The translations under genes and the position numbers were made by a program. Below the pieces are notes generated by a model. It saw only the letters and a program-made list of their open reading frames with translations. It did no database searches and was not told the origin of the DNA. From an uncultured Verrucomicrobiae bacterium (GTDB lineage: Bacteria; Verrucomicrobiota; Verrucomicrobiia; Chthoniobacterales; JAATET01), in the NCBI GenBank assembly GCA_963719495.1, contig CAVRCI010000013.1, positions 224,001 to 288,000 of the forward strand: 64,000 bases of DNA, written 5' to 3'. Within the stretch, counting starts at the first letter, position 1, and the number at the start of each line of letters is the position of its first letter. This document shows, one piece after another, positions 19,625-28,909 of this stretch.

Positions 19625-20958
19625 GGTATGAACCGAGGACATAGGTGACAGATTGACCGAGGACATGGGTGACAGTTCAGGGTGGTGAATGCCCTGGCAA
19701 AACGAGTCACCGATGGAACAGAAACAGAGATTTGTAAGTTTGCTGACGAGCGACCGGTTCACGATGGTGGAGCTGTGCGAAAGTTTCGGCATCTCGCGCA
19801 AGACGGGTCACAAGTGGAAGGCGCGATACGAGGCCCACGGGATGGGCGGACTAGAGGATTGGAGCCGGGCCCCGAAGACGGTGACGAGCAGGACAGAAGA
19901 AGCGGTGGAGCGGCTGATTGTGGCCGAAAAGCGGTTACATCCGACGTGGGGGCCGAAGAAGATCCAGCGAGTGCTCGAAGTGAAGCACGAAGTGGATCGT
20001 TTACCGGTCGTAAGCACGGTGGGAGAGGTTCTCAAGCGGCACGGGCTGGTGAAGGCGCGCAAGCGGCGAGGAGGCCTCTTCACGGTGGAACGAGGGACGC
20101 TGACGCCGCCGGAACGCTGTAACCACGTGCTCGGAGTGGACTACAAGGGATGGTTCCTGCTGGGTGACGGCGAGCGTTGCGATCCGTTGACGGTGAGCGA
20201 TCTGCACAGTCGATACCTGATGAAAGCGGAGGCGATGCCGGACATGACGGTAAAGTGGACGCAGCGCGAGTTCCGCAGTGTATTCAAGCGCTACGGGCTG
20301 CCGGAGATCATTCGCGTGGACAATGGCTCCCCGTTCGCGTCGATGGGACCAGCGGGATTGAGCAGACTGAGCGTGTGGTGGATCGGATTGGGTATCGAAG
20401 TGCAGTTCAGCCGACCTGGCTGTCCGCAGGACAACGGCTGCCACGAACGGATGCATCGCACGATGAAGGCCGAATGCTGTCAGCCGGGAAGCGCGAACCG
20501 TTGGGCCCAACAGCAACGTTTTGACCGGTGGCGCAGAGTCTTTAACGACGAGCGTCCGCACGAGGGCATCGGCATGAGGACACCGGCGCAAGCCTATCAA
20601 CCCTCCCTGCGCCGGTTGGACGAACGCATCAAACCTGCGCTCTACGAGGCAGGGGTGGAAACCAAGCGGGTGAACAAAGCAGGCTTCATCTCCTTGAATG
20701 GAAACAACTGCTTCGTCGGCGAGTCACTGATCGGCGTCGATGTGGCCGTGGAGGAATCGCCGGAGACAGGGCTGCTGGCCGTTCGATATGCCAATGTGAA
20801 GCTCGGGTGGCTGGATCGGACTCCCAACGCTCGGCTCCGGCCTACGGCCTACGCCGAGCGTTGGGAGTCGAAGCTTGCTCCCGCAAGCCATGAAAACTAA
20901 CCCTCTAAGTGTTACCTATGTGGTCGGTTTATCTGTAACCAATGTTCCCGTTCATACC
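19625..20958 (+). mobile_element. IS481-family insertion sequence
   Basis: Terminal IRs GGTATGAAC/GTTCATACC; internal repeated ACCGAGGACAT.GGTGACAG at the left end; single transposase. Confidence 0.85.
19689..20900 (+). CDS. IS481-family DDE transposase
   Basis: MPW start, HTH (FGISRKTGHKW), rve motifs DYKG, DNGSPF and NGCHERMHRTMK. Confidence 0.92.
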   Translation: MPWQNESPMEQKQRFVSLLTSDRFTMVELCESFGISRKTGHKWKARYEAHGMGGLEDWSRAPKTVTSRTEEAVERLIVAEKRLHPTWGPKKIQRVLEVKHEVDRLPVVSTVGEVLKRHGLVKARKRRGGLFTVERGTLTPPERCNHVLGVDYKGWFLLGDGERCDPLTVSDLHSRYLMKAEAMPDMTVKWTQREFRSVFKRYGLPEIIRVDNGSPFASMGPAGLSRLSVWWIGLGIEVQFSRPGCPQDNGCHERMHRTMKAECCQPGSANRWAQQQRFDRWRRVFNDERPHEGIGMRTPAQAYQPSLRRLDERIKPALYEAGVETKRVNKAGFISLNGNNCFVGESLIGVDVAVEESPETGLLAVRYANVKLGWLDRTPNARLRPTAYAERWESKLAPASHEN

Positions 20959-21048
20959 ACCAAAGAGGGGCTGCACGCCGCAGGGGTCATGCACGCCGCA
21001 GGGGTCAGTCCGTTCATTGGTTCAAAACCCTCTTCCCCGCTCACCGAC

Positions 21049-22050
21049 TCACAACAACTCCGCGATCTGGACCGCATTCAGCGCCGCCCCCTTGAGCACC
21101 TGGTCGCCGCAAACCCAGAAGCTCAGCGCGTTGTCCCACGCGCAATCCAGCCGGAGCCGCCCCACTTCGCAATCGTCTCTCCCGGCGACGTTTAGGGGCA
21201 TCGGGTATTCGCCCTTGCCGGGTTGATCCACCACGCGGACGCCGTCGAATCGGTCGATCACCTCCCGCGCCTCGCGGACGTTCACCGGCTTCTCGAACTC
21301 CGCCGTCACCGCCACCGAGTGCGCCCGGTAGACCGGCACCCGCACGCACGTCACCGACGCCCGAAACATCGACAAATGCAGGATCCGCCGCCCTTCGTTC
21401 TGCATTTTCATTTCTTCGCGGGTGTAACCGCTTTCGAGAAACGAATCGACCTGCGGGATCACGTTGAACGCGATCGGGTGCGCGAAAACCGACGGTGTGG
21501 GCGAATCGCCGCAACCGACTGTTGCAATTTGTTCGCGTAGCTCCCCGATCCCCTGGGCTCCGGCACCGGACACGGCCTGATAGCTCGAAGCGACCACGCG
21601 CTTCACGCGAAAGCGCTGATGCAGCGGAAAGAGCCCCATCAGCGTCACGATGGTCGTGCAATTCGGGTTCGCGATGATGCCTTGGTGATCCTTCACGTCC
21701 GCGCCGTTGATCTCGGGCACGACGAGCGGCACCCCGTCGTCCATCCGGAAGGCGGAGGAATTGTCGACCACCACCGCGCCCGCGTCCACGGCGTGACGGG
21801 CGTATTCCCTCGAAATTCCCGATCCCGCGCTGAAAAGCGCCACGTCGACTCCACGGAACGAATCCGCCGTCAATTCCTGGACCACCACATCCTCGCCGCC
21901 GAACGAAAGGGTCTTCCCTGCTGACCGCGCCGACGCCAGCAGCTTCAACTTCCCGACCGGAAACTCGCGCCGCCGCAGCACGTCGAGCATTTCGACTCCG
22001 ACCGCTCCCGTTGCTCCGACGATGGCCACGTGATATTGCTTGCTACTCAT
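21049..22050 (-). CDS. asd: Aspartate-semialdehyde dehydrogenase
   Basis: GATGAVG, DNSSAFRM, ANPNCTT and KGAALNAVQIAE motifs. Confidence 0.95.
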   Translation of the reverse strand: MSSKQYHVAIVGATGAVGVEMLDVLRRREFPVGKLKLLASARSAGKTLSFGGEDVVVQELTADSFRGVDVALFSAGSGISREYARHAVDAGAVVVDNSSAFRMDDGVPLVVPEINGADVKDHQGIIANPNCTTIVTLMGLFPLHQRFRVKRVVASSYQAVSGAGAQGIGELREQIATVGCGDSPTPSVFAHPIAFNVIPQVDSFLESGYTREEMKMQNEGRRILHLSMFRASVTCVRVPVYRAHSVAVTAEFEKPVNVREAREVIDRFDGVRVVDQPGKGEYPMPLNVAGRDDCEVGRLRLDCAWDNALSFWVCGDQVLKGAALNAVQIAELL

Positions 22051-22064
22051 ACCCTTGGAAAAAA

Positions 22065-22562
22065 ATGGAGCAGACCACTACCCCACAAATCCAGCCCGTC
22101 CAATCCCCATTTTTACCCGCGCTCCGAGTCTCCGTGTCCGCCCAGCGGCTCGACCTGCTCCACGGCTCCGACGCGATGCGATCCTACCCAATCTCGACTT
22201 CGAAATACGGCCTTGGTTCCGAACCCAACAGCTACCGCACTCCGCTCGGCCGCTTTCGGATCGACGAGATGATCGGCGGCGGCGCCCCGGCGGGTGCCGT
22301 TTTCGTCGGGCGGCGTCCGACCGGCGCGATCGCGCCACCCGGCGGGACCGAGGATTACGTCCTCACCCGCATTCTCTGGCTCACCGGACTCGACGACTCC
22401 AACGCAAACACCCGCTACCGATACATCTACATTCACGGCACCAATCAAGAAGACCTCATCGGATCCGCCGCCAGCCACGGCTGCGTGCGGATGCGCAACT
22501 CCGACGTCATCGATCTCTTCGACCGCGTCGCACCCGGCACTTCCGTCGAGATCGTCGCATAA
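22065..22562 (+). CDS. L,D-transpeptidase (YkuD family)
   Basis: TPLGRF, IYIHGT and ASHGCVRM motifs; start uncertain (only 14 nt from the divergent asd start). Confidence 0.85.
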   Translation: MEQTTTPQIQPVQSPFLPALRVSVSAQRLDLLHGSDAMRSYPISTSKYGLGSEPNSYRTPLGRFRIDEMIGGGAPAGAVFVGRRPTGAIAPPGGTEDYVLTRILWLTGLDDSNANTRYRYIYIHGTNQEDLIGSAASHGCVRMRNSDVIDLFDRVAPGTSVEIVA

Positions 22563-22635
22563 TTTCGTTGTGTCCCCCCGGGGATCTGACTAAATGCCCC
22601 CAGCATCTCGCTAAGAAAGGAGGGGAAATTATCTA

Positions 22636-22755
22636 ATGAAACTCGTTAAAATCGCAGCAGTTGTCGCCATGGCGGCAATCTCGTTCGCCATGACCGCGTG
22701 CGAAACAGCTCCGGAGCCAGCTCCGCCGCCAGTCAGCATGGGCATGTCCAAGTAA
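22636..22755 (+). CDS. 39-aa small lipoprotein (absent from the ORF track)
   Basis: MKLVKIAAVVAMAAISFAMTA|CETAPEPAPPPVSMGMSK; AAGGAGG RBS; terminator follows. Confidence 0.75.
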   Translation: MKLVKIAAVVAMAAISFAMTACETAPEPAPPPVSMGMSK

Positions 22756-22777
22756 TTTAATCCTCGCAAGAGGACCA

Positions 22778-22819
22778 ACCGGGGCCGGGAGCGTTCGAAA
22801 GGACGCCCCCGGTTCTTTT
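22778..22819 (+). terminator. Rho-independent terminator
   Basis: AACCGGGG...GCGTTCGAAAGGACGCCCCCGGTT followed by CTTTT. Confidence 0.6.
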
Positions 22820-22840
22820 GTGCCCCGCCGTCGACGAGGT

Positions 22841-22918
22841 GGGAGCGCCCGCGTCCCCGCGGGCGAGATGCGGCGTCCCGCCGCATCAACCAGGCAAGTC
22901 GAGCGAAGCGAGAGAGCC
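22841..22918. repeat. REP family A copy
   Basis: GGGAGCGCCCGCGTCCCCGCGGGCGAGATGCGGCGTCCCGCCGCATC...GTCGAGCGAAGCGAGAGAGCC. Confidence 0.75.
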
Positions 22919-23007
22919 GATCGCGTAAAACCTTCTCCCGCTCGCCGCAGGGGTTGCCAAGCCGCCTCTCCAGGTCCAGCCACTCGACAAGCGCCGTTTT
23001 TTCGACC

Positions 23008-23583
23008 TCACCCCGCTCCGCCCAAGACCGCCTTCCGGCTCACAAACCGACTCCCCGCCAGCGAAAATCGCCAGGGCAGCTCCGCCCCCCGCGAGATCCC
23101 GATCCGCCCGTCCGCCACCAGCTTCGGGCGCCCGACCCCAGCGTGAAAGCCGTGCGCGGGATCCGCGCACAGATCCATCCCATGCTCCGCCGGACCGATC
23201 CCGACCGCCTGCGTCAGCTTCCCCGGCCCCGAACACAGATCCTTCACCGCACCTCGACCGCGCCGCTCCGCCATCCGATCCAGACCCGCCACCGGCTCCA
23301 AAGCCCGGATGAGCACAAACCCCGTCCGTCGCCCCTTCACCAACACGTTGAGCAACCAGTGCACGCCGTAGTTCAGGTAAATGTAAGCCGTCCCCGCCAC
23401 CTCCCGCTCGACGAACGCCACCGCACTCGGCCGAAAAAACGTGTGGCACGCCGGATCCCCCACCGCATCGTAAGCCTCCGTCTCCACGATCACTCCGCGG
23501 CAATCCCCCCAAACCAACGAAGCCCCGACTAACTCCCGGGCACAAACCAGGGGCTCCCGCTCGAAAAAAGCCCGCTCGATCAC
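23008..23583 (-). CDS. mpg: DNA-3-methyladenine glycosylase (MPG/AAG type)
   Basis: IVETEAY, YIYLNYGVH, VLIRALEP, SGPGKL and RIGIS motifs. Confidence 0.9.
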   Translation of the reverse strand: MIERAFFEREPLVCARELVGASLVWGDCRGVIVETEAYDAVGDPACHTFFRPSAVAFVEREVAGTAYIYLNYGVHWLLNVLVKGRRTGFVLIRALEPVAGLDRMAERRGRGAVKDLCSGPGKLTQAVGIGPAEHGMDLCADPAHGFHAGVGRPKLVADGRIGISRGAELPWRFSLAGSRFVSRKAVLGGAG

Positions 23584-23588
23584 GAGAC

Positions 23589-23622
23589 CAAAATCCGAAA
23601 TCCGAAATCCGAAATCACAAAT
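23589..23622. repeat. Heptamer tandem repeat (AATCCGA)n
   Basis: Same unit as the in-frame insertion in mfd at 32444. Confidence 0.8.
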
Positions 23623-24381
23623 TCACAGCCCCGTTGGGTGGTCAAGAAACTCCCACGGCAATTCCCACCGCCGCGCCACCTCGGCCGCCAGCGCCTTCAC
23701 GCCGAAAGTCTCGGTCGCGTAGTGCCCCGCGTAGATCAGATTGACGCCAAGCTCCTCCGCCAGCGAATACGTGTGGTTCGCCCCCTCCCCCGTGACCAGC
23801 GTATCCACGCCCTCCGCCGCAACCTTGGCAATCAGCTCACCGCCACCACCCGTCACGACCCCAATCCGCCTCACCCGGTCCGGTCCACCCGGCGCGAGGT
23901 GCACCGGCGATCCCACCGCCCGCTCGACCCGGTCGATCAGGTCCTCGATCCTAAAATCGACTGCGGCCCGCAGCCCGTATTTCACGAACGGCTCCGTCTC
24001 CTCGATCCCGAGCGCCCGCGCGAGCAACGCGTTGTTTCCCAGCGTCGGATGTTGATCCAGCGGCAGGTGGGAACTGTAAACCGCCAACCCGCCCTCCATC
24101 GCGACCCGCAGCTTCCGAAACGCCGCCCCTTCCAGCCGCCGCGCCCCGCCCCACATCATCCCGTGGTGCACGATGAGCAAATCCGCCCCGGCATCCACCG
24201 CCAATTCGAACACGGCCTCGCAACCATCCACCGCCGCCGCCACCCGAGTCACCCGACCGGACGCATTCTCCAGCTGCAAGCCATTGTGCGCGTTCGGGTA
24301 ATCCTCGATCTCCGCCACGCGCAGCTCCGAGTTCATCCAATTCACGATCTCTGTCAGAGTCCCTTCCATCTCCAAGAACAT
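23623..24381 (-). CDS. Nif3-like dinuclear metal centre protein (YbgI family)
   Basis: NGLQ, LIVHHG, SHLPLD.H and AGHYATETFG motifs. Confidence 0.9.
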   Translation of the reverse strand: MFLEMEGTLTEIVNWMNSELRVAEIEDYPNAHNGLQLENASGRVTRVAAAVDGCEAVFELAVDAGADLLIVHHGMMWGGARRLEGAAFRKLRVAMEGGLAVYSSHLPLDQHPTLGNNALLARALGIEETEPFVKYGLRAAVDFRIEDLIDRVERAVGSPVHLAPGGPDRVRRIGVVTGGGGELIAKVAAEGVDTLVTGEGANHTYSLAEELGVNLIYAGHYATETFGVKALAAEVARRWELPWEFLDHPTGL

Positions 24382-24504
24382 GGAGAGCCAGAAAAATAAT
24401 GAAATTCATTTTCACCCCTTCCACTCCTCCCCCCCTGCACGGCCCCCCGCATCAATCCTGAAAATCCTGTCAATCCTGTCCCATTCTCCTAACTTTCCCG
24501 ACCC

Positions 24505-25623
24505 ATGTTAAAAGCCGGAATCGTCGGCCTACCCAACGTAGGCAAGTCCACCCTCTTCAACGCCCTCACGCGAACGCGCAAAGCCGCCGCGGCCAATTTT
24601 CCTTTCTGCACCATCGAGCCAAACGTCGGCATGGTCACCGTCCCCGACCCCCGACTCGACGCCCTCGCCAAGCTCTCGAACTCGGAAAAAATCCTCCCCG
24701 CCGCCATCGAGTTCGTCGACATCGCCGGCCTCGTCCGCGGCGCCTCCGAGGGTGAAGGCCTCGGCAATCAATTTCTCTCCCACATCCGCGAAGTCGACGC
24801 CATCGTTCAGGTCGTCCGCTGCTTCGACGACGAAGACATCCACCACGTCGCCGGCAGCGTCGACCCCGTCCGCGACATCGAAGTCATCAACACCGAACTC
24901 ATCCTCGCCGACATGGCGTCGCTGAATAAACAGAAGAACCGCCTCGAGAAATCCGCCCGCTCGGGCGACAAGCAGGCCAAAGCCGAGCTCGCCCTCCTCG
25001 AGCGGCTTCTCCCCCACCTCGACTCCGGCAAACCCGCCTCCGTCTTCGAACTCGAGCCCCACGAGAAGCCCACCCTCGCCGGCCTTTTCCTCCTCAGCGC
25101 CAAACCCAGCCTCTTCGCCTGCAACGTCAAGGAGGACGACCTCGCCACCGTCGAATCCGGCGAATCTCCGGCTGGCAAATTCGTCGCCGCGGTCCGCACC
25201 TACGCCCGCGAACACCTCGCCTGCGAATCCGTCGTCATCTCCGCCCAGATCGAATCCGAGCTGGCGGAACTCCCCCCCGAGGAAGCGCTGGAATTCCTCA
25301 CCGGTCTCGGCGTCACCGATTCCGGAGTCTCCCAACTCATCCGCGCCGCCTACGCTCTCCTCGGCCTCCGCACCTACCTCACCACCGGCCCGAAAGAGAC
25401 CCGCGCCTGGACGATCCACGACGGCGACAAAGCCCCCGCCGCCGCCGGCGTCATCCACAGCGACTTCGAGCGCGGCTTCATCGCCGCCGAGACCATCGCC
25501 TTCGACGACCTGATGACATTTGGCTCCCAAGCCAAAGCCCGCGAAGCCGGCAAGCTCCGCATCGAAGGCAAAGACTACACCGTCAAAGACGGCGACGTTC
25601 TCGAATTCCGCTTCAACGTCTAA
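24505..25623 (+). CDS. ychF: Redox-regulated ATPase YchF
   Basis: [28 protein letters not shown] and a C-terminal TGS domain (FRFNV). Confidence 0.96.
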   Translation: MLKAGIVGLPNVGKSTLFNALTRTRKAAAANFPFCTIEPNVGMVTVPDPRLDALAKLSNSEKILPAAIEFVDIAGLVRGASEGEGLGNQFLSHIREVDAIVQVVRCFDDEDIHHVAGSVDPVRDIEVINTELILADMASLNKQKNRLEKSARSGDKQAKAELALLERLLPHLDSGKPASVFELEPHEKPTLAGLFLLSAKPSLFACNVKEDDLATVESGESPAGKFVAAVRTYAREHLACESVVISAQIESELAELPPEEALEFLTGLGVTDSGVSQLIRAAYALLGLRTYLTTGPKETRAWTIHDGDKAPAAAGVIHSDFERGFIAAETIAFDDLMTFGSQAKAREAGKLRIEGKDYTVKDGDVLEFRFNV

Positions 25624-25839
25624 AGGACAGCGGGCGAAACCGCCCATCCCCCAAACTGTCAGTCTGAGGACCACGAAGGCGCAAGCGCGTCCAGAAGCCC
25701 TGGATGAGAAGGCGGTGCCAGCCGACCCCATCTGGCATGTGGAGGGCAGCCGGAGCGAAGCGGAGACAGTCGGGATACTTCCGAAAACGCTCTGCCGAGC
25801 CGTGGCTTTCTCGTTGGATTTTGCGCCACAGAAGACGAT

Positions 25840-26013
25840 GTCATTCTGAGCGAAGCGAAGAGCCATCGACAGCCTCTCACTTCGAAACTCATGAACAGAG
25901 GCAATCTCTGGCTCACACTGTTTCAGACGACTCCGCTTCCCCGGCATCCCCCCGACTCCTCCCTCCACCAAGCCCAGAGAAACCAGAGATGTTTCGCACC
26001 GCTCAAAGTGACA
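25840..26013. repeat. REP family D inverted element
   Basis: GTCATTCTGAGCGAAGCGAAG ... AGAGATGTTTCGCACCGCTCAAAGTGACA, like 10344-10442. Confidence 0.65.
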
Positions 26014-26108
26014 GATTTGTTCAAAATCCCACCCACCCCCGACCAGCCAAGCCCCGTCCCCCGAAACTTCCCCCCAACCGCCCTCCCAAGCACGCACGAT
26101 CTGAGACC

Positions 26109-26705
26109 ATGAGATCCCACTTTTTCCTCGCCCTCCTCAGTCTCCCCGTCCTCGCCAGCGCCCAAGTCTCACCCTCCACTTCGCTTCCAGCGTCCGGCGC
26201 GGCATCCGGCACCGTCGAGGGCGCCCGCAACCGCACGACGCAAGTCGTGCCGAACGGCTACATTTCCCAGGGCGAAAAAACCTATGTCCTCCGGGACGGC
26301 CGGGTTTTTCAGCTCAAAGAAGCCATTTCGTTGCAAATCCGACCCAACGGGACCCTCGTCAATTTCGACGGCGAAGAAACGGTAATTCCCGCCGGAATGA
26401 TGCTCACGTCGGACGGAAGGATCGTCGAAGCGCCCGACCTTCCCACGCTCTCGGACGACTCATCGGCGGTGACCTACTCGATGGATCGGTCCACCGACAG
26501 CGAGACCAAACCCATGGCGGCTGACTCCATCGAGGAGAAGCAGCCTCTCGCGGACGAGGACTCCGACTTGAACACCGGCGTCGGCCCGCAGGGATCGCAG
26601 GAAAATATCGACAACGACAACCTGAACTCAGAAACCACCGCGACCAGCGGCGTGGGCCAGGACGGCCTGAGCGGCGGAACGACGAGCACTGATGTGCCTG
26701 ACTGA
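26109..26705 (+). CDS. Exported hypothetical protein (possibly DUF6799-like) with an acidic disordered tail
   Basis: Signal peptide; DG-turn beta-hairpin core; family assignment tentative. Confidence 0.6.
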   Translation: MRSHFFLALLSLPVLASAQVSPSTSLPASGAASGTVEGARNRTTQVVPNGYISQGEKTYVLRDGRVFQLKEAISLQIRPNGTLVNFDGEETVIPAGMMLTSDGRIVEAPDLPTLSDDSSAVTYSMDRSTDSETKPMAADSIEEKQPLADEDSDLNTGVGPQGSQENIDNDNLNSETTATSGVGQDGLSGGTTSTDVPD

Positions 26706-26814
26706 AGAAGTCGAGCGGCGGCACCCGGCCAATCCGCGGATCAGACCAGCACCGTGTCAAAGAGTGGAAAATCCGCTGAGGGGGCACGAAATGTCCGGAA
26801 AGCGAGAGAAAAAC

Positions 26815-26888
26815 TGCACCGGGCGGGGGTCGAACCCACAACCTCTGCCTTCGGAGGGCAGCACTCTATCCAATTGAGCTACCGGTGC
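26815..26888 (-). tRNA. tRNA-Arg(CCG)
   Basis: Cloverleaf GCACCGG...CCGGTGCA; anticodon arm CTGCC-CTCCGAA-GGCAG; TTCGA loop. Confidence 0.95.
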
Positions 26889-27004
26889 GCTGAACTGCCG
26901 AATATCCCCAACGTCGACCCCGATTGCAAGTCCCACCTCGAGGTTTCCGCCTCGACTTTGCCCCCCACCGCCGACGAAATCTGCCAACCGCCCCGCTTTC
27001 CAAA

Positions 27005-27032
27005 TTGACACCGCCGAGCAAACCGCTACTCT
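27005..27032 (+). promoter_or_regulatory. Sigma70 promoter of tRNA-Arg(ACG)
   Basis: TTGACA - 16 nt - TACTCT. Confidence 0.6.
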
Positions 27033-27049
27033 CCACGGTTCCTGTCATT

Positions 27050-27123
27050 GCAGCTGTAGCTCAATTGGATAGAGCACCTGACTACGGATCAGGAGGTTCG
27101 GGGTTCGAATCCCTGCAGCTGCA
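27050..27123 (+). tRNA. tRNA-Arg(ACG)
   Basis: GCAGCTG...CAGCTGCA; anticodon arm CCTGA-CTACGGA-TCAGG. Confidence 0.95.
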
Positions 27124-27217
27124 CGACCGGGACTCATCCACGCGCAACGCGTGATCGTCCGGACAGGGTTATCCGGACTCCATGGCACTCGAGGCGCAAC
27201 AAATCCCGCGTTCGCTG

Positions 27218-27997
27218 ATGAATCCGCTCGAAGAGCGGATCGGCTACAAATTTCGCAACTCGCTCCTGCTCGCGGAAGCCCTCACGCACGCCAGCATCTC
27301 GCTCGAACGCAAGAACTACCCGTTTGACAACCAGCGGCTGGAATTCCTCGGCGACGCCGTCCTCCAGCTCGTCGTCACCGAGCACCTTTACCAGATGTTC
27401 CCCGACTTCCCCGAAGGCCAGCTCACCAAGCTCCGCACCCGCATCGTCTCCCGCAACGGCCTCAAAATCCACGGAGCCGAAGTCGGCCTCGGCGGCCACC
27501 TCATGATGGGACGCGGCGAGGATGCCAGCGGCGGCCGCATCCGCCCCTCGACTCTCGCCGACGCCTTCGAGGCCCTCATCGGCGCCATGTATCTCGATGG
27601 TGGCTACGACGTCGTCCGCGATTTTCTCCTTCGCGAAGCCGCCGCCGAATTCGCGGAAATGAAGTCCCAGCCCGAGGAAATCAACCCCAAAGGCCGCCTC
27701 CAGGAAATCCTCCAAGCCATCTCCCCCAGCGCGCCGCACTACGAGGTCCTCGCCCAGACCGGACCCGAGCATCAGAAGCAATTCGACTGCCGCGTCGTCT
27801 GGAACGACCTCGTTCTCGCGACCGGCTCCGGTCGCAGCAAAAAACAGGCCGAGGTCGAAGCCGCCACCCTCGCTCTGGAATCGAGAAAGTGGATCCCCGC
27901 CGCGAAACCCGTCGCCCAGCCAAAACCAAAAAAGTCGCGTCAGTCGAAAAATCCGGCTCGACCTACCCCCAGCCAACCGCTGGAAGTGTCGCCATGA
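27218..27997 (+). CDS. rnc: Ribonuclease III
   Basis: ALTHAS, NQRLEFLGDAVL, ADAFEALIGA and dsRBD (NPKGRLQE..GRSKKQAE). Confidence 0.95.
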   Translation: MNPLEERIGYKFRNSLLLAEALTHASISLERKNYPFDNQRLEFLGDAVLQLVVTEHLYQMFPDFPEGQLTKLRTRIVSRNGLKIHGAEVGLGGHLMMGRGEDASGGRIRPSTLADAFEALIGAMYLDGGYDVVRDFLLREAAAEFAEMKSQPEEINPKGRLQEILQAISPSAPHYEVLAQTGPEHQKQFDCRVVWNDLVLATGSGRSKKQAEVEAATLALESRKWIPAAKPVAQPKPKKSRQSKNPARPTPSQPLEVSP

Positions 27998-28548
27998 TCT
28001 ACCCCTTTTCGCTCGCTTTCGTCGGCATCGTCGTGGGCCTGCTCCTCATCGGATCACACGTCTTCGCCCTCACATCGCCCGACATCGTTCGCCCTTTCCT
28101 GAAAACGTTCCCGCGCTCCCGTGCGGCCGGCACCGTCCTGCTCGCGATCGCGGCCATCTGGTCCTTCTGGCTCGTCAGCACGATGGACCTCGGCGAGTTC
28201 GCCCGTCTCCGGCGATTCCTCGTCATCGCCGTCCCCGTCGGTGCCGTCCTGACTTGGATGTTCGTCGACGAATTCCTCGCCGTCCGCAGCCTCGGCATCC
28301 TCGCCCTCCTCGCCGCCGGCCCCGTCCTCGAGGCCGCCTTCCTCCGCCCCGAGTTCACCCGCCTCCTCATCGTCAGTCTCGCCTACCTCTGGATCTTCAC
28401 CGGCCTCTTCCTCGTCGGCATGCCCTTTCTTCTCCGAGACCTCCTGGCGTGGCTCCTCCCCAGCGCCAAACTCTTCCGCCAAGTCAGCTGGGCCGGCGTC
28501 ATCTACGGAGCCACCATCCTCCTCTGCGCCCTGACTCTCTGGCATTGA
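27994..28548 (+). CDS. Hypothetical integral membrane protein (about 6 TM)
   Basis: ATGA coupling to rnc; hydrophobic segments; host-like codon usage. Confidence 0.75.
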   Translation: MIYPFSLAFVGIVVGLLLIGSHVFALTSPDIVRPFLKTFPRSRAAGTVLLAIAAIWSFWLVSTMDLGEFARLRRFLVIAVPVGAVLTWMFVDEFLAVRSLGILALLAAGPVLEAAFLRPEFTRLLIVSLAYLWIFTGLFLVGMPFLLRDLLAWLLPSAKLFRQVSWAGVIYGATILLCALTLWH

Positions 28549-28553
28549 CGCGG

Positions 28554-28662
28554 GGGAACGCACGCGTCCCGCGTGCGAGAGGCACCGTCCCGGTGCCTCA
28601 CCCGGCAAATCGAGCGAAGCGAGAGAGCCGAACTTCCAGGAGCGGCGATTCGTAATCGCCGA
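28554..28662. repeat. Composite REP (families A and B)
   Basis: GGGAACGCACGCGTCCCGCGTGCGAG...GAGCGAAGCGAGAGAGCC...GGAGCGGCGATTCGTAATCGCCGA. Confidence 0.7.
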
Positions 28663-28909
28663 ACCAACCCAAAGCGCACAGCGCTCCAACTCCCCAACGA
28701 AACCCGCGGACCACCCAACGAAACCCGCGGGCGCGATGAAGGCTGAGAAAGAAAATCAGACAGGATTTAGAGCAATCTCGAAGGCAATGGCGACCTCAGC
28801 AAGAACGGACAAAATGGAGCGGAGACGTCTCGTTCTCGTGTTTGGATCAGGAGGGCACCCTCCCCCCGCTTGCCGGATCAAATCGTCCAAGCAAGTTGAA
28901 AGTGCTCTA

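Noticed and set aside
26815..27123. tRNA-Arg pair as an integration site
   Set aside because: No integrase or duplicated tRNA 3' end seen; the flanks are ordinary genes
28693..28730. 17-bp direct repeat CCCAACGAAACCCGCGG, two copies
   Set aside because: Only two copies with a 4-bp gap; a simple local duplication
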